From Anaeromyxobacteraceae bacterium (lineage in GTDB: Bacteria > Myxococcota > Myxococcia > Myxococcales > Anaeromyxobacteraceae): 64,000 nucleotides of DNA. The stretch lies in the NCBI GenBank assembly GCA_032654565.1, contig JAULAX010000010.1, positions 160,001-224,000 of the forward strand, written 5' to 3'. This document shows positions 35,877 through 48,220 of the stretch, piece by piece (positions within the stretch are counted from its first letter, which is position 1; every line of letters begins with the position of its first letter). Under the pieces are notes generated by a model. It was not told the DNA's origin, made no database searches, and saw only the letters and a program-made list of their open reading frames with translations. Both the position numbers and the translations under genes were made by a program.

Positions 35877-36821
35877 ATGGGCAAGCTGGCATTCATCTTC
35901 CCGGGGCAGGGCGCGCAGAAGGCGGGCATGGGGCGCGAGCTCTTCGAGCGCTTCGCCGAGGCGCGCGCCGTCTTCGAGGCCATCGACGCCGCCCTGGGCG
36001 AGCCGCTCTCCACCCTCTGCTTCGAGGGGCCGGACGAGGCGCTCAAGCTGACCGCCAACACCCAGCCGGCCATCCTGGCGGTCTCGGCGGCGGCGGCGGC
36101 GGTGCTGGCCCGGGCCGGGGTGGTGCCGGCGCTGGTGGCCGGCCACTCGCTGGGAGAGTACTCGGCGCTGGTGGCGGCCGGGGCGGTCTCGGCCGCCGAC
36201 GCCGCCCGCGCCGTGCGGGCCCGCGGCACCTTCATGCAGGAGGCGGTGCCGGCCGGGCAGGGGGCGATGAGCGCCGTGCTCGGCCTGGATCCGGCCCGGG
36301 TCACCGCCATCTGCGCCGAGGTGGCGGCCGCCACCGGGCTGGTGGTCTCCCCCGCCAACTTCAACGAGCCGGCCCAGACCGTCATCGCCGGCGCCGCCGC
36401 CGCGGTGGAGCAGGCCGGCGTCCGGCTCAAGGAGGCGGGCGCCAAGCGGGTGCTGCCGCTCCCGGTCTCCGCCCCCTTCCACTGCGCGCTCATGGCCCCG
36501 GTGTCGGCGCGGCTGGAGCCGGTGCTGCGCGGCTGCGCCTGGCGCGCCCCGGCCTGCCCGGTGGTGACCAACGTCGAGGCCCGGCCCAACGCCGACCTGG
36601 CGCGGGTCATCCCGCTGCTGGTGCAGCAGGTGACGGCGCCGGTCCGCTGGATCGAGTGCGTCGAGGAGCTGGCCCGGCAGGGCGTCACCCGGGTGGTCGA
36701 GGTGGGGCCGGGGCGGGTGCTGTCCGGGCTGGTGAAGCGGATCGCCCCGTCGATCGAGGCCTTCAACGTCGAGGACGCGGCGTCGCTGGAGAAGACCCTG
36801 GCCGCGCTGAAGGGAGCGTAG
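35877..36821 (+). CDS. fabD: Malonyl-CoA:ACP transacylase
   Basis: FPGQGAQ, TQPAI, GHSLGEY and VSAPFH. Confidence 0.96.
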   Translation: MGKLAFIFPGQGAQKAGMGRELFERFAEARAVFEAIDAALGEPLSTLCFEGPDEALKLTANTQPAILAVSAAAAAVLARAGVVPALVAGHSLGEYSALVAAGAVSAADAARAVRARGTFMQEAVPAGQGAMSAVLGLDPARVTAICAEVAAATGLVVSPANFNEPAQTVIAGAAAAVEQAGVRLKEAGAKRVLPLPVSAPFHCALMAPVSARLEPVLRGCAWRAPACPVVTNVEARPNADLARVIPLLVQQVTAPVRWIECVEELARQGVTRVVEVGPGRVLSGLVKRIAPSIEAFNVEDAASLEKTLAALKGA

Positions 36822-36825
36822 GGCG

Positions 36826-37575
36826 ATGCACGACTTCAAGGGCAAGGTGGCGCTGGTCACCGGGGCGTCGCGGGGCATCGGGCGGGCCATCGCGGTGGCG
36901 CTGGCCCAGGGCGGCGCCAGCGTGGCGCTCAACTACGCCGGCAACGAGGCGGCGGCCCAGGAGGCCCTGGCGCTGGTGCTGGCGGCCGGCGCACCGAAGG
37001 CGAAGCTCTACCGGTTCGACGTCGCCGACCCGACCGCCTGCGGCGCGGCGGTCGACGCGGTGGTGGCCGAGTTCGGCGGGCTCCACGTCCTCGTCAACAA
37101 CGCCGGCATCGCCGTCGACCAGCTGCTGATGCGGCTCAAGGACGAGGACTGGCAGCGCCAGCTCGACGTCAACCTGACCGGCGCCTTCAACCTGACCCGG
37201 GCGGTGTCGCGCCCCATGATGAAGGCGCGCGGCGGGGTCATCGTCAACCTCTCCTCGGTGGTCGGCGAGATGGGCAACGCCGGGCAGGTGGCCTACGCCG
37301 CCACCAAGGCCGGGCTCATCGGCCTGACCAAGAGCGTGGCACGGGAGCTGGCTTCGCGTAACATCCGCTGCAACGCCGTCACCCCGGGCTTCATCGACAC
37401 CGACATGACCTCGGCCTTGCCCGAGGCGGCGCGCACCAAGATGATGGAGTCGATCCCGCTGGCTCGCCTCGGCTCGGCCGGGGACATCGCCAACGCGGTC
37501 TGCTTCCTCGCCAGCGATCAGGCCGCCTACGTGACCGGCGAGGTGTTGAAGGTCAACGGCGGCATGTACATGTAG
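36826..37575 (+). CDS. fabG: 3-oxoacyl-ACP reductase
   Basis: [17 protein letters not shown] and PGFIDTDM. Confidence 0.95.
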   Translation: MHDFKGKVALVTGASRGIGRAIAVALAQGGASVALNYAGNEAAAQEALALVLAAGAPKAKLYRFDVADPTACGAAVDAVVAEFGGLHVLVNNAGIAVDQLLMRLKDEDWQRQLDVNLTGAFNLTRAVSRPMMKARGGVIVNLSSVVGEMGNAGQVAYAATKAGLIGLTKSVARELASRNIRCNAVTPGFIDTDMTSALPEAARTKMMESIPLARLGSAGDIANAVCFLASDQAAYVTGEVLKVNGGMYM

Positions 37576-37658
37576 TCGCGGGCGACCCGCGGCACGGCAC
37601 CGGGCCGGTCACCGGAGTTTGGCAGCACCAGGCAGTCCCCCCAACCAGGAGGAGCACC

Positions 37659-37898
37659 ATGTCGGCGAACATCGAGCAGAAGGTGAAGGCCATCATCGCG
37701 GAGAACCTCGGCGTCAACGCCGACGACATCAAGATCACCTCCAGCTTCATCGACGACCTGGGCGCCGACTCGCTCGACATCGTCGAGCTGGTGATGCAGA
37801 TGGAGGAGGAGTTCGAGGTCGAGATCCCGGACGAAGAGGCCGAGAACATCAAGACCGTCCAGGACGCCGTCACCTTCATCACCACGCACAAGAAGTAG
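37659..37898 (+). CDS. acpP: Acyl carrier protein
   Basis: [14 protein letters not shown], with an AGGAGGAG RBS. Confidence 0.97.
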   Translation: MSANIEQKVKAIIAENLGVNADDIKITSSFIDDLGADSLDIVELVMQMEEEFEVEIPDEEAENIKTVQDAVTFITTHKK

Positions 37899-38006
37899 GC
37901 GTGGCCACGGCGCCCCGGGCTGGCCGGGGCGGCTGCGGACAGGGCTGGGGCGCGGCGGGACCGCGCCCCGTGGGTGTGCCTTCAACCTCGGCGTGAGGTG
38001 CGTTCG

Positions 38007-39248
38007 ATGAGCAGGCGTCGCGTGGTGGTCACGGGGCTGGGCCTCGTCTCTCCCGTCGGGATCGGCGTGGAGCCATCGTGGCAGTCGCTGGTGGAGGGGC
38101 GGAGCGGCATCGGCCCCATCACCCTCTTCGACGCCTCGACCTATCCGACCCGCATCGCCGGGGAGGTGAAGGGCTTCGAGCCCGGCGACTTCATGGACAA
38201 GAAGGAGGCCCGCCGCAACGACCGGTTCATCCAGTTCGCGCTGGCCGCCGCCGAGATGGCGATGAAGGACTCCGGCCTCGACATGGCCACGGAGGACCCG
38301 GAGCAGGTCGGCTGCATCGTCGGGGCCGGCATCGGCGGCCTCGGCACCATCGAGGAGAACCGCGACGTCCTTCGGGAGAAGGGGGTCAAGCGCATCAGCC
38401 CGTTCTTCATCCCCAGCCTGATCATCAACCTGGCGCCGGCGCAGATCAGCATGCGCTACGGGATGAAGGGGCCGAACTTCTCCACGGTGTCGGCCTGCGC
38501 CACCGGCAACCACTCCATCGGCGACGCCCTGCTCTACATCGAGCGCGGCCTGGCCGACGTCATGGTGGCGGGCGGGTGCGAGGCCACCATCACGCCGCTG
38601 GGCGTGGGGGGCTTCTGCGCGGCCCGCGCCATGTCGGAGCGGAACGACGCGCCGGAGAAGGCCAGCCGGCCCTTCGACAAGGGGCGCGACGGCTTCGTGG
38701 CCGCCGAGGGCGCCGGCCTGCTGATCCTCGAGGAGTACGAGCACGCCCGGAAGCGCGGCGCCCGGGTCTACGCCGAGCTGGTCGGCTACGGCGCCTCGGC
38801 GGACGCCTACCACGTCACCACCCCGGCGCCGGGGGGGGAGGGCGGCGCCCGGGCCATGAAGATGGCGCTCAAGTTCGCCGGGCTCAACCCGGACCAGATC
38901 GGCTACGTCAACACCCACGGCACCTCGACGCCGGCCGGCGACGTGGCCGAGTGCCAGGCCATCAACTCGGTCTTCGGCGACCACGCCAGGAAGGGGCTCT
39001 GCGTCTCCTCCACCAAGTCGATGACCGGCCACCTGCTGGGGGCCGCCGGCGGCCTCGAGGCCGTGGTCACGGTGCTGGCGCTCCACCGCGGCGTCATCCC
39101 GCCGACCATCAACGTCGAGGACCAGGATCCGGAGTGCGCGCTCGACGTGGTGCCGAACGTGGCCCGCCAGACGCGGATGACGGCGGCGGCCTCCAACAGC
39201 TTCGGGTTCGGTGGCACCAACTCGGTGCTGATCTTCAAGGCCGTCTAG
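38007..39248 (+). CDS. fabF: 3-oxoacyl-ACP synthase II
   Basis: [33 protein letters not shown] and SNSFGFGG. Confidence 0.96.
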   Translation: MSRRRVVVTGLGLVSPVGIGVEPSWQSLVEGRSGIGPITLFDASTYPTRIAGEVKGFEPGDFMDKKEARRNDRFIQFALAAAEMAMKDSGLDMATEDPEQVGCIVGAGIGGLGTIEENRDVLREKGVKRISPFFIPSLIINLAPAQISMRYGMKGPNFSTVSACATGNHSIGDALLYIERGLADVMVAGGCEATITPLGVGGFCAARAMSERNDAPEKASRPFDKGRDGFVAAEGAGLLILEEYEHARKRGARVYAELVGYGASADAYHVTTPAPGGEGGARAMKMALKFAGLNPDQIGYVNTHGTSTPAGDVAECQAINSVFGDHARKGLCVSSTKSMTGHLLGAAGGLEAVVTVLALHRGVIPPTINVEDQDPECALDVVPNVARQTRMTAAASNSFGFGGTNSVLIFKAV

Positions 39249-39280
39249 GGGCGGGGACGCCGCCGGGAGGGGGGAACGCC

Positions 39281-39727
39281 ATGGCCGAGAAGCTGGTCGC
39301 CGCGTCGGATCACGCCGGGCTCGCCCTGCGCGCGGAAGCGGTCAAGGCGGCGCGGGGCCGCGGCCTGGAGGTCGAGGACCTCGGCCCGTTCACCGCCGAC
39401 AGCGTCGACTACCCCGACTTCGCGGTGAAGGTGGGGGAGGCGGTCGGCGCCGGGCGGGCCCGCTTCGGCCTGCTGGTCTGCGGCACCGGCATCGGCATCT
39501 CCATGGCCGCCAACAAGCTCCCCGGCGTCCGCGCGGCGCTCTGTCGCACCGAGTACGAGGCCCGCATGGCCCGGGCCCACAACGACGCCAACGTCCTCTG
39601 CCTCGGCGAGCGGGTCACCGGCGCCGGGCTGGGGGCGGCCATCGTCGAGGCCTTCCTGGCCACGCCCTTCGAAGGGGGGCGCCACGCCCGCCGGGTCGAG
39701 AAGCTCAACGCCCTCGACCAGCGCTGA
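39281..39727 (+). CDS. rpiB: Ribose-5-phosphate isomerase B
   Basis: SDHAG, DYPD, CGTGIG, HNDANVL and [10 protein letters not shown]. Confidence 0.95.
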   Translation: MAEKLVAASDHAGLALRAEAVKAARGRGLEVEDLGPFTADSVDYPDFAVKVGEAVGAGRARFGLLVCGTGIGISMAANKLPGVRAALCRTEYEARMARAHNDANVLCLGERVTGAGLGAAIVEAFLATPFEGGRHARRVEKLNALDQR

Positions 39728-39798
39728 CGGCGCGGTTGCCGTTCCACGGCCGGGCGCGTTATGAACGCGCCTCCGGTCGCGACACCAGGAGCCCCACC

Positions 39799-41055
39799 AT
39801 GATGCCCACCGCCCGCCTCTCCGAGGCCGATCCCGAGATCTTCCGGCTCATCCGCGAGGAGACCCGCCGCCAGGCCGAGGGGCTGGAGCTGATCGCCAGC
39901 GAGAACTTCGTCTCCCCGGCCGTGCTCGAGGCGGCCGGCTCGACGCTCACCAACAAGTACGCCGAGGGTTACCCCGGCAAGCGCTACTACGGCGGCTGCG
40001 AGGTGGTCGACCAGGTGGAGCAGCTGGCCATCGACCGCGCCAAGCAGCTCTTCGGCGCCGGCTTCGCCAACGTGCAGCCCCACTCCGGCTCGCAGGCCAA
40101 CATGGCGGCCTACTTCGCCCTGGCCCAGCCCGGCGACACCATCGTCGCCATGAGCCTCAACTTCGGCGGCCACCTCACCCACGGCTCCCCGGTCAACTTC
40201 TCCGGCCGGCTCTTCAAGGTGATCCCCTACGGCCTGCGCCAGTCGGACGAGCAGATCGACATGGACGAGGTGGCCAGGCTCTGCCGCGAGCACCGGCCCA
40301 AGGTGCTGGTGGTGGGGGCCAGCGCCTACCCGCGCCTCCTCGACTTCCCCAGGTTCGCCGCCATCGCCGAGGAGGTCGGCGCCAAGGTCATGGTCGACAT
40401 GGCCCACATCGCCGGCCTGGTGGCGGGCGGCCAGCACCCCAGCCCGCTGCCGCACGCGGCGCTGGTGACCACCACCACCCACAAGACGCTGCGCGGCCCG
40501 CGCGGCGGCATGATCCTGACCAACGACGCCGAGCTGGCCAAGAAGCTCAACAGCCAGATCTTCCCTGGCATCCAGGGCGGGCCGCTCGAGCACGTCATCG
40601 CCGCCAAGGCGGTGGCCTTCGGCGAGGCGCTGCGCCCCGGGTACCGCGACTACCAGGCGGCCATCGTCAAGAACGCCCAGGCGCTGGCCCGGGGGCTGAT
40701 CGCCGCCGGGCTGCGGCTGGTCTCTGGCGGCACCGACAACCACCTCATGCTGGTCGACCTGCGCCCCAAGAAGCTCACCGGGAAGGTGGCCGAGGAGGCG
40801 CTCGGCCAGGCCGGCATCACCGTCAACAAGAACATGATCCCCTGGGACCCCGAGAAGCCCATGACCACCTCGGGGATCCGGGTGGGCACGCCGGCGCTCA
40901 CCACCCGCGGCTTCGGCGAGGCCGAGATGGCCACCGTGGCCACCCTGATCGGCCGCGCCCTCGACGCCCCGGCCGACGCCGCCTCGCTGGCGGCGGTGCG
41001 GGCCGACGTCAAGGCGCTCTGCGCCCGCTTCCCCATGTACGCGGATCGCTTCTGA
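39799..41055 (+). CDS. glyA: Serine hydroxymethyltransferase
   Basis: [22 protein letters not shown] and [12 protein letters not shown]. Confidence 0.97.
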   Translation: MMPTARLSEADPEIFRLIREETRRQAEGLELIASENFVSPAVLEAAGSTLTNKYAEGYPGKRYYGGCEVVDQVEQLAIDRAKQLFGAGFANVQPHSGSQANMAAYFALAQPGDTIVAMSLNFGGHLTHGSPVNFSGRLFKVIPYGLRQSDEQIDMDEVARLCREHRPKVLVVGASAYPRLLDFPRFAAIAEEVGAKVMVDMAHIAGLVAGGQHPSPLPHAALVTTTTHKTLRGPRGGMILTNDAELAKKLNSQIFPGIQGGPLEHVIAAKAVAFGEALRPGYRDYQAAIVKNAQALARGLIAAGLRLVSGGTDNHLMLVDLRPKKLTGKVAEEALGQAGITVNKNMIPWDPEKPMTTSGIRVGTPALTTRGFGEAEMATVATLIGRALDAPADAASLAAVRADVKALCARFPMYADRF

Positions 41056-41062
41056 GCACCTG

Positions 41063-41533
41063 ATGCGCTGCCCCGGCTGCGGCCACCTCGAGGACAAGGT
41101 CGTCGACTCCCGCGAGACCGGGGACGGGCAGAGCACGCGCCGGCGCCGGGAGTGCCTGGCCTGCGCCCGCCGCTTCACCACCTACGAGCGGACCGAGGAG
41201 AGCCTGCCGGTGGTGGTGAAGAAGGACGGGCGGCGCGAGCCCTTCGACCGCCGGAAGATCCTCGAGGGGCTGACCCGGGCCTGCCAGAAGCGGCCGGTCT
41301 CCTCGGCGCAGGTGGAGGCGCTGGTCTCGGACGTGGAGCGGCAGGTGCAGGAGCTGGGCGAGAAGGAGGTGCAGAGCCGGGTCATCGGCGAGAGCCTGAT
41401 GCGGCGGCTGCGCGACCTCGACCCGGTGGCCTTCGTCCGCTTCGCCTCGGTGTACCGGGCCTTCGAGGACGTCGGCGACTTCATGAGCGAGCTGCAGGGG
41501 CTGACCGGTGAGAAGGGCGGTCGCCGCCCGTGA
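41063..41533 (+). CDS. nrdR: Transcriptional repressor NrdR
   Basis: [24 protein letters not shown]-cone and VRFASVY. Confidence 0.96.
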   Translation: MRCPGCGHLEDKVVDSRETGDGQSTRRRRECLACARRFTTYERTEESLPVVVKKDGRREPFDRRKILEGLTRACQKRPVSSAQVEALVSDVERQVQELGEKEVQSRVIGESLMRRLRDLDPVAFVRFASVYRAFEDVGDFMSELQGLTGEKGGRRP

Positions 41534-42645
41534 CCGCCGGGCGCGGCGACGGCGTCGAGCGCTTCATGCGCCTGGCGCTGGAGGAGGCCGGGCGCGGCCT
41601 GGGGCGCACCGCCCCCAACCCGGCGGTGGGCGCGGTGCTGGTGCGCGGCGGCCGGGTGGTGGGGCGCGGCCACCACGCCCGGGCCGGCGCCCCGCACGCC
41701 GAGATCGAGGCGCTGCGCCTGGCCGGCACACGGGCCCGCGGCGCCGACCTCTACACCACGCTGGAGCCGTGCGACCACTTCGGCCGGACGCCGCCCTGCA
41801 GCCTGGCGGTGATCGAGGCCGGGGTGCGGCGCGTCTTCGTCGGCTCCCGCGATCCCAACCCGGTGGTGAACGGCAAGGGGAGCGCCCGGCTGCGCCGGGC
41901 CGGCATCGTGGTGGTGGCCGGGCCGCTGCAGGCCGAGTGCGACGCCCTCAACGCCCCGTGGTTCCGCTTCGTGGCCAGCGGTCGCCCCTTCGTGACCTTG
42001 AAGCTGGCCGCCACCCTCGACGGCCGCATCGCCACCGGCGCCGGCGACTCGCGCTGGGTGAGCGGGCCGGCGGCGCGGGCCTGGGTGCACCAGCTGCGCG
42101 ACCGGGTCGACGCCGTGCTGGTGGGCCGGGGCACGGTGCAGGCCGACGACCCGCGCCTCACCACCCGGCTGCCGGCCGGGGCCGGGCGGGATCCGCTCCG
42201 GGTGGTGCTCGACACCGACCTGCAGCTGCCGGCCTCGCGGCGCCTCTTCCGCCAGCGCTCCACGGCCCGCACCCTGGTGCTGCACGCCGCCCGCGGCGGG
42301 CGGGACCTCGGGCCGCGCACCGACCTGCTGCGCTGCGCTCGCGGCCCGGGCGGGCTCGATCTCGCCGACGTGCTGGCCCGGCTGGCGGCCCGCGGCGTGG
42401 TCCACCTGCTGGTGGAGGGCGGCGCCGCGGTGGCGGCCAGCTTCCTCGCCGCCGGGCTGGTCGACCGCCTGGCGCTGGTGCTGGCCCCCAAGGTGCTGGG
42501 CGCCGGCCTCTCCTGGAGCGGGGCGGTGGGGCCGGCGCGGATGTCGGCGGCCCTCCAGCTGCGCGACCTGGAGGTGACGCGGCTGGGGGACGACCTGCTG
42601 CTGCAGGGGACACCGGCGCTGGCGGCCGCGACGAGACGGGGCTAG
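41530..42645 (+). CDS. ribD: Riboflavin biosynthesis deaminase/reductase
   Basis: [33 protein letters not shown] and LLVEGG. Confidence 0.95.
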   Translation: MTAGRGDGVERFMRLALEEAGRGLGRTAPNPAVGAVLVRGGRVVGRGHHARAGAPHAEIEALRLAGTRARGADLYTTLEPCDHFGRTPPCSLAVIEAGVRRVFVGSRDPNPVVNGKGSARLRRAGIVVVAGPLQAECDALNAPWFRFVASGRPFVTLKLAATLDGRIATGAGDSRWVSGPAARAWVHQLRDRVDAVLVGRGTVQADDPRLTTRLPAGAGRDPLRVVLDTDLQLPASRRLFRQRSTARTLVLHAARGGRDLGPRTDLLRCARGPGGLDLADVLARLAARGVVHLLVEGGAAVAASFLAAGLVDRLALVLAPKVLGAGLSWSGAVGPARMSAALQLRDLEVTRLGDDLLLQGTPALAAATRRG

Positions 42646-42657
42646 GATCCGGCCCCC

Positions 42658-43305
42658 ATGTTCACGGGATTGATCAGCGATATCGGGGTGGTGGAGCGGA
42701 TCACGCCGCGCCAGGGCGGCGTGCGGCTGGTGATCCGCCCCCAGTCACTCCCGGTGGATGACCTGGCGCTGGGCGAGAGCGTGGCCAGCTCCGGGGCCTG
42801 CCTGACGGTGGTGGAGCGCGGCGGCGGCCTCGTGGCCTTCGACGCCATCCCCGAGACGCTGGCCCGGACCATCATCGGCGGCTGGCGCCCCGGCACCCGC
42901 GTCAACCTGGAGCGGGCGCTGCGGCTGGCCGACCGGCTGGGTGGCCACCTGGTGGCCGGCCACGTCGACGCCGTCGGCGAGGTGCTGGCGCGGAAGGCCG
43001 AGGGGCAGGGGGCCCGGCTCACCATCTCGCTGCCGGCGGCGCTGGCGCCGCTGGTGGCCGAGAAGGGCTCGATCGCCATCGACGGCGTCTCGCTGACCGT
43101 GGCCTCGGCCGGCCGCGACCGCTTCGAGGTGGCGCTCATCCCCGAGACCCTGTCCCGCACCACCCTGGGAGAGGCGGCGCCGGGCCACCCCGTCAACCTC
43201 GAGGCCGACCTGGTGGCCCGCCACGTGGCGCGGCTGCGCGAGTTCGCGCCGCTCGAGCCGGGGACGCTGCAGGCCTGGGGCTACCCGGGCGGAGGAGGAA
43301 CGTGA
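42658..43305 (+). CDS. ribE: Riboflavin synthase (alpha chain)
   Basis: [29 protein letters not shown] and [13 protein letters not shown]. Confidence 0.95.
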   Translation: MFTGLISDIGVVERITPRQGGVRLVIRPQSLPVDDLALGESVASSGACLTVVERGGGLVAFDAIPETLARTIIGGWRPGTRVNLERALRLADRLGGHLVAGHVDAVGEVLARKAEGQGARLTISLPAALAPLVAEKGSIAIDGVSLTVASAGRDRFEVALIPETLSRTTLGEAAPGHPVNLEADLVARHVARLREFAPLEPGTLQAWGYPGGGGT

Positions 43306-44591
43306 CGCTGTCGACGGAGAAGTCGGTGGAGCGGGTGGAGCGGGCGCTCGGGTACATCCGCGCCGGCAAGCAGGTCATCATGGTCGACGACGAGGACCGT
43401 GAGAACGAGGGCGACCTGTGCATGGCGGCCGAGCTGGTGACGCCGGCGGCGGTCAACTTCATGGCCACACACGGCCGCGGCCTGATCTGCCTGTCGCTCA
43501 CCGAGGAGAAGGTGGCCCGCCTGCGGCTGCCGCTGATGGTCGACGAGGGCTCCAACACCTCCTCCTTCGGGACCGCCTTCACCATCTCCATCGAGGCCAA
43601 GAAGGGCGTCACCACCGGCATCAGCGCCAAGGACCGGGCCCACACCATCCTCACCGCGGTGCGCGACGACTGCCGGCCCGAGGACCTGGCCCGGCCCGGC
43701 CACGTCTTCCCGCTGCGGGCCCGGCGCGGCGGAGTGCTGGTGCGCGCCGGCCAGACCGAGGGCTCGGTCGACCTCTCCCGGCTGGCCGGGCTCCGGCCGG
43801 CCGGGGTCATCTGCGAGGTGATGAACGACGACGGCACCATGGCCCGGCGCCCCGAGCTGGAGGTGCTGTCGAAGGCCCACGACCTCCCCATCGTCTCGGT
43901 GGCCGACCTGATCGCCTACCGGATGCTCAAGGACGCCCTGGTCCACCGCGCCGCCGAGGCGCCGCTCCCCACCACCCGGGGCGGCTTCACCGCGGTGGCC
44001 TACGAGAACGACGTCGACAAGTTCCAGCACGTGGCCCTGGTGAAGGGCAAGTGGAAGCCCAGCGAGCCGGTGCTGGTCCGCGTCCACTCGAAGTGCCTGA
44101 CCGGCGACGTCTTCGGCTCGGAGCGCTGCGACTGCGGGCCGCAGCTGCACGCCGCCCTCGCCCAGATCGAGGCGGCCGGGAAGGGCGTGCTGCTCTACCT
44201 CGACCAGGAGGGGCGCGGCATCGGCCTGGTCAACAAGCTCAAGGCCTACATCCTCCAGGACCAGGGGCTGGACACCGCCGAGGCCAACCTCAAGCTCGGC
44301 TTCAAGCCGGACCTGCGCGACTACGGCCTGGGGGCCCAGATCCTGCGCGACCTCGGCGTCCGCAAGATGAGGCTGCTCACCAACAACCCCAAGAAGATCG
44401 TCGGCCTCGAGGGCTACGGCCTCGAGGTGGTGGCGCGGGTCCCGCTGGAGATGGCGCCGACCCGCAGGAACCAGGCCTACCTCGCCACCAAGCGGGACAA
44501 GATGGGCCACCTGCTCACGCTCAAGCCGGCGCCCCGCGCGCGGCGCACCGCTGGTCCGGCCGCGGCCGGCCGCAAAGGAAGGAAGCCATGA
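43302..44591 (+). CDS. ribBA: Bifunctional DHBP synthase/GTP cyclohydrolase II
   Basis: [39 protein letters not shown] and LLTNNPKK. Confidence 0.96.
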   Translation: MTLSTEKSVERVERALGYIRAGKQVIMVDDEDRENEGDLCMAAELVTPAAVNFMATHGRGLICLSLTEEKVARLRLPLMVDEGSNTSSFGTAFTISIEAKKGVTTGISAKDRAHTILTAVRDDCRPEDLARPGHVFPLRARRGGVLVRAGQTEGSVDLSRLAGLRPAGVICEVMNDDGTMARRPELEVLSKAHDLPIVSVADLIAYRMLKDALVHRAAEAPLPTTRGGFTAVAYENDVDKFQHVALVKGKWKPSEPVLVRVHSKCLTGDVFGSERCDCGPQLHAALAQIEAAGKGVLLYLDQEGRGIGLVNKLKAYILQDQGLDTAEANLKLGFKPDLRDYGLGAQILRDLGVRKMRLLTNNPKKIVGLEGYGLEVVARVPLEMAPTRRNQAYLATKRDKMGHLLTLKPAPRARRTAGPAAAGRKGRKP

Positions 44592-45079
44592 ACGTCTACG
44601 AGGGCTCGCTGATCGCCACCGGCCTCAAGGTGGCCCTGGTGGTCTCGCGCTTCAACTCGCTGATCACCGAGCAGCTGCTGTCCGGGGCCGCCGACACCCT
44701 GCGGCGCCACGGCGTCGACGACGGCGACCTCGACGTCTTCCGCTGCCCGGGGACCTTCGAGCTCCCGGCGCTGCTGAAGCGGGTGGTGGCCAGCGGCCGC
44801 CACGACGCCGTCATCGCCCTCGGCGCCGTCATCCGCGGAGGCACCCCCCACTTCGAGTTCGTGGCCGGCGAGGCCACCAAGGGCGTGGCCCAGGTGGCCA
44901 TGGAGGCCGGCTGCGCCGTCACCATGGGGGTGCTCACCTGCGACACCATGGAGCAGGCGCTGGAGCGGGCCGGGGTCAAGGCCGGGAACAAGGGGGCCGA
45001 GGCGGCCATGGCCGCCATCGAGCAGGCCCAGGTCCTCAAGCTGGCCGGCGGGAAGCGCGGCAAGGCGGGGCGCGGATGA
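44588..45079 (+). CDS. ribH: 6,7-dimethyl-8-ribityllumazine synthase
   Basis: [24 protein letters not shown] and GNKGAEAA. Confidence 0.96.
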   Translation: MNVYEGSLIATGLKVALVVSRFNSLITEQLLSGAADTLRRHGVDDGDLDVFRCPGTFELPALLKRVVASGRHDAVIALGAVIRGGTPHFEFVAGEATKGVAQVAMEAGCAVTMGVLTCDTMEQALERAGVKAGNKGAEAAMAAIEQAQVLKLAGGKRGKAGRG

Positions 45080-45504
45080 CCGGCCGCCGCACCAAGGCGC
45101 GTGAGCGGGCCCTGCAGGCGCTCTACCAGATCGACGTGGCCGCGGCCGGGATCGAGGACGCCCTGGCCAGCTTCTGGAAGAGCTTCGAGCCGACCGAGCG
45201 CGAGGTGCAGCAGCTGGCCGAGCAGCTGGTCCGCGGCGTGGCCGTCGACCGGCGCCAGGTCGACGACCTCATCGAGGGGGTCTCCACCAACTGGCGGCTC
45301 GACCGGATGGCCAAGGTGGACCGCAACGTGCTCCGCCTGGCCACCTGGGAGCTGCTCAAGAGCGACGCGCCGGTCAAGGTGGTCATCAACGAGGCCATCG
45401 AGCTGGGCAAGAAGTACGGCTCGGAGCAGAGCGGCGCCTTCGTCAATGGCGTGCTCGACAAGATCGCCCAGGGGCTCCCGGCGGCGCGGCGCGGCGAGGG
45501 GTAG
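45076..45504 (+). CDS. nusB: Transcription antitermination factor NusB
   Basis: [32 protein letters not shown] and FVNGVLD. Confidence 0.96.
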   Translation: MTGRRTKARERALQALYQIDVAAAGIEDALASFWKSFEPTEREVQQLAEQLVRGVAVDRRQVDDLIEGVSTNWRLDRMAKVDRNVLRLATWELLKSDAPVKVVINEAIELGKKYGSEQSGAFVNGVLDKIAQGLPAARRGEG

Positions 45505-45513
45505 GGAGAGCTG

Positions 45514-46053
45514 ATGCGCCGCATCGAGGTGGCCGAGCTCTCGCTGGCGACGCTGGACGCGCTCGACGTCGACGCCCTGGCCCTGCTGATCGGCGCGGAG
45601 CGGCCGCTGCAGGGGTGGGCCGGGCTGGTGGACTGGCGGCTGGCCGGCGCGCTGACCCGGGCGCTGGCCGGCGGGATCTACGCCGCCGGGCCCGGTGAGG
45701 CGCTGCTGCTGCCCACCGCGGGGCGGCTGGCGGTGGGCCGGGTGGTGGCGGTCGGCCTGCCCGCGGGGGGCGGCGAGGTCGGCCTGGCGGAGGCGGCCGG
45801 CCGGCTCTGCGAGGTGGTGGCCCGGGCCGGGGCGGCCTCGTTCGCGACCGCGGCCCTGCCGGTGGAGGGCGCCGGCGTCGCCGCGGCCTGCCGGGCCTGG
45901 CTGCTGGCCGCCGCCGCGGTGCCGGGCGACCGGCTGGTGCTGCTCGGTGACACCCGGGCGCTCTCCGCCGAGCTGGTGGCCGCCCGCATCGAGGCGCACA
46001 GCGAGATCGAGGTGGCGCCTTTCTCGGTCCTCCCCGCGGCGATGGTACGATGA
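45514..46053 (+). CDS. Stand-alone M17 aminopeptidase N-terminal-like (macro-like) protein
   Basis: ERPLQGWAGLVDWRLAGAL...GEALLLP...RVVAVGL, with no catalytic domain. Confidence 0.65.
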   Translation: MRRIEVAELSLATLDALDVDALALLIGAERPLQGWAGLVDWRLAGALTRALAGGIYAAGPGEALLLPTAGRLAVGRVVAVGLPAGGGEVGLAEAAGRLCEVVARAGAASFATAALPVEGAGVAAACRAWLLAAAAVPGDRLVLLGDTRALSAELVAARIEAHSEIEVAPFSVLPAAMVR

Positions 46054-46084
46054 TGGGAGCGGCGCCGCTGCGCCGCCCCCGCCC

Positions 46085-48211
46085 ATGGCCGACCGATCGC
46101 AGAAGGCGCTCTCCGACTTCGTCTCCGAGGCCCAGGAGACCATCGACGCGCTGGCCAAGGGGCTGATGCGGCTGGAGGGGGCGGGCGCCGATCCCGACCC
46201 CGAGGTGCTCAACTCGGTCTTCCGCGCCGCCCACTCGCTCAAGGGGCTGGCCTCGATGTTCGGCGTGGAGCGGCTCTCGCGCCTGGCCCACGCCCTCGAG
46301 GACGCCCTCGACGACCTGCGCATGGGGCGCCGTCCCCTCGACGCCGGCGCCCTCGACCTGCTGCTGGAGGCGCCCGAGGTCTTCTCGCGGATCATCTCCG
46401 AGGAGGCGTCCGGGGCGCCGCAGGCCAGCCACGACGCCGCCGCCGGGCTCACCGAGCGGCTCCGTGCCGCCGAGCAGGAGGCGGCGGCCCCCGGCGACGA
46501 TCCCCTGGCCACCGTGGCGCTCGGCCCGGAGATCCGCCGGCTCCTCACCGAGTACGAGGAGCACCGGCTGAGCTCGGCCCTGCGCAAGGGGCTGGCCATC
46601 TACCGGATCCGCGTGGCCTTCGAGCTGGCCTCCTTCGACGAGCAGCTGGCCTCGCTGTCCGGGCGGCTCAAGGAGCTGGGCGAGGTGGTCTCGACGCTCC
46701 CCTCCTCGGACATGAAGGACCCCACCACCATCGCCTTCGAGCTGCTGCTGGCCACCGCGGCGCCGCGCGCCAACGTGGTGCTCGAGGCCGGCCCCCACGC
46801 CGCCGTCGATCCGGTGGCGGTGGTGGCCGCCGGCGCCCCGGGCTCGGCCGACCACCGGCCCCGCCCGGCCAAGCGGGCGCCGCTGCCGCGTCCCCCCGAG
46901 CTGGACGCGCTCCCCGACGGGGCCGACGCCCCCGGCGGCGCGCTGGCCCGCTCCCCGGCCCCCGAGCCGCTGGTGGAGGCCGACACCGGCTCGCTGCGCT
47001 CGGCGTCGCAGGCGGTGCGGGTCGACATCCGCAAGCTCGACCGGCTCATGAACGTGGTGGGCGAGCTGGTGCTGGTGAAGAGCTCGCTGCAGTCCCTGGC
47101 CGAGCGCTTCAAGGGGGAGGGGATCGAGCCGGGGCTGGCCGCCGAGCTGCGCCAGGTGAGCCGGGCGCTGGAGCGGCGGCTGGCCGAGCTGCAGAGCGGA
47201 ATCCTCGAGGTCCGCATGGTCCCGCTCGACCAGGTGTTCGACAAGCTCACCCGCATGGTGCGCAAGCTGGGCCGGGAGGTGGGCAAGGAGGTCGAGCTGG
47301 AGATCTCCGGCGGGGAGGTGGAGCTCGACAAGCTGATCGTCGAGGACCTGGCCGACCCGCTCATGCACCTGATCCGCAACGCCATCGACCACGCCATCGA
47401 GACCCCCGAGGTGCGGGAGCGCAAGGGCAAGCCGCGGGCCGGGCGCATCACCCTGGCGGCGCTGCAGCGAGGGCACCACGTGCAGCTCACCGTGGCCGAC
47501 GACGGCAGCGGCATCGACGAGGAGCGCATCCGCGAGGTGGCGGTGTCCCGCGGGCTGGCCACCGCCGAGTCGGTCAAGGGGCTGTCGCGCCGCGAGGTGA
47601 TGAACCTGATCTTCGTCCCCGGCTTCTCCACGGCGCGCCAGGTCACCAGCCTCTCCGGCCGCGGCGTCGGCATGGACGTGGTCAAGAACAACATCGCCGC
47701 GCTCTCCGGGATCATCGACCTGCAGTCCGAGCGAGGGGCCGGCACCCGCTTCGAGATCACCCTCCCGGTGACCCTGGCCATCATCCGGGCCCTGGTGGTC
47801 AAGGCCTCGGGGCGCACCTACGCAGTGCCGCTCAACAGCGTGCTGGAGATCCTCGAGGTGCGCGCCGCCGAGATCCGCAGCGTCTCGGCCCGGGAGGCCA
47901 TCACCCTGCGCGGGGCCACCCTGCCGCTCATCCGCCTCAGCCGCTTCTTCGCGGCCGGCGACCAGCCGCCGCCGGAGCCGCTCTTCGTGGTGGTCACCGG
48001 GCTGGCCCAGGAGCGGCTCGGCCTGGCCGTGGACGAGCTGATGGGCCAGCAGGACATCGTGGTCAAGCCCCTGGGGAGCCTGCTGGCGGGGGTCCGCGGC
48101 ATCGCCGGCGCCACCGACCTGGGGCAGCGGACCACGGTGCTGGTGCTCGACGTGGGGGCCATCATCGAGGACGTGGTCGGCGGCGAGGCCCCGGCCGAGG
48201 CGACCGGGTAG
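46085..48211 (+). CDS. cheA: Chemotaxis histidine kinase CheA
   Basis: Hpt FRAAHSLKG, VRVDIRKLDRLMN, HLIRNAIDH, DDGSG, SGRGVGMDVV and a C-terminal CheW domain. Confidence 0.95.
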   Translation: MADRSQKALSDFVSEAQETIDALAKGLMRLEGAGADPDPEVLNSVFRAAHSLKGLASMFGVERLSRLAHALEDALDDLRMGRRPLDAGALDLLLEAPEVFSRIISEEASGAPQASHDAAAGLTERLRAAEQEAAAPGDDPLATVALGPEIRRLLTEYEEHRLSSALRKGLAIYRIRVAFELASFDEQLASLSGRLKELGEVVSTLPSSDMKDPTTIAFELLLATAAPRANVVLEAGPHAAVDPVAVVAAGAPGSADHRPRPAKRAPLPRPPELDALPDGADAPGGALARSPAPEPLVEADTGSLRSASQAVRVDIRKLDRLMNVVGELVLVKSSLQSLAERFKGEGIEPGLAAELRQVSRALERRLAELQSGILEVRMVPLDQVFDKLTRMVRKLGREVGKEVELEISGGEVELDKLIVEDLADPLMHLIRNAIDHAIETPEVRERKGKPRAGRITLAALQRGHHVQLTVADDGSGIDEERIREVAVSRGLATAESVKGLSRREVMNLIFVPGFSTARQVTSLSGRGVGMDVVKNNIAALSGIIDLQSERGAGTRFEITLPVTLAIIRALVVKASGRTYAVPLNSVLEILEVRAAEIRSVSAREAITLRGATLPLIRLSRFFAAGDQPPPEPLFVVVTGLAQERLGLAVDELMGQQDIVVKPLGSLLAGVRGIAGATDLGQRTTVLVLDVGAIIEDVVGGEAPAEATG

Positions 48212-48220
48212 GGGCTCGCC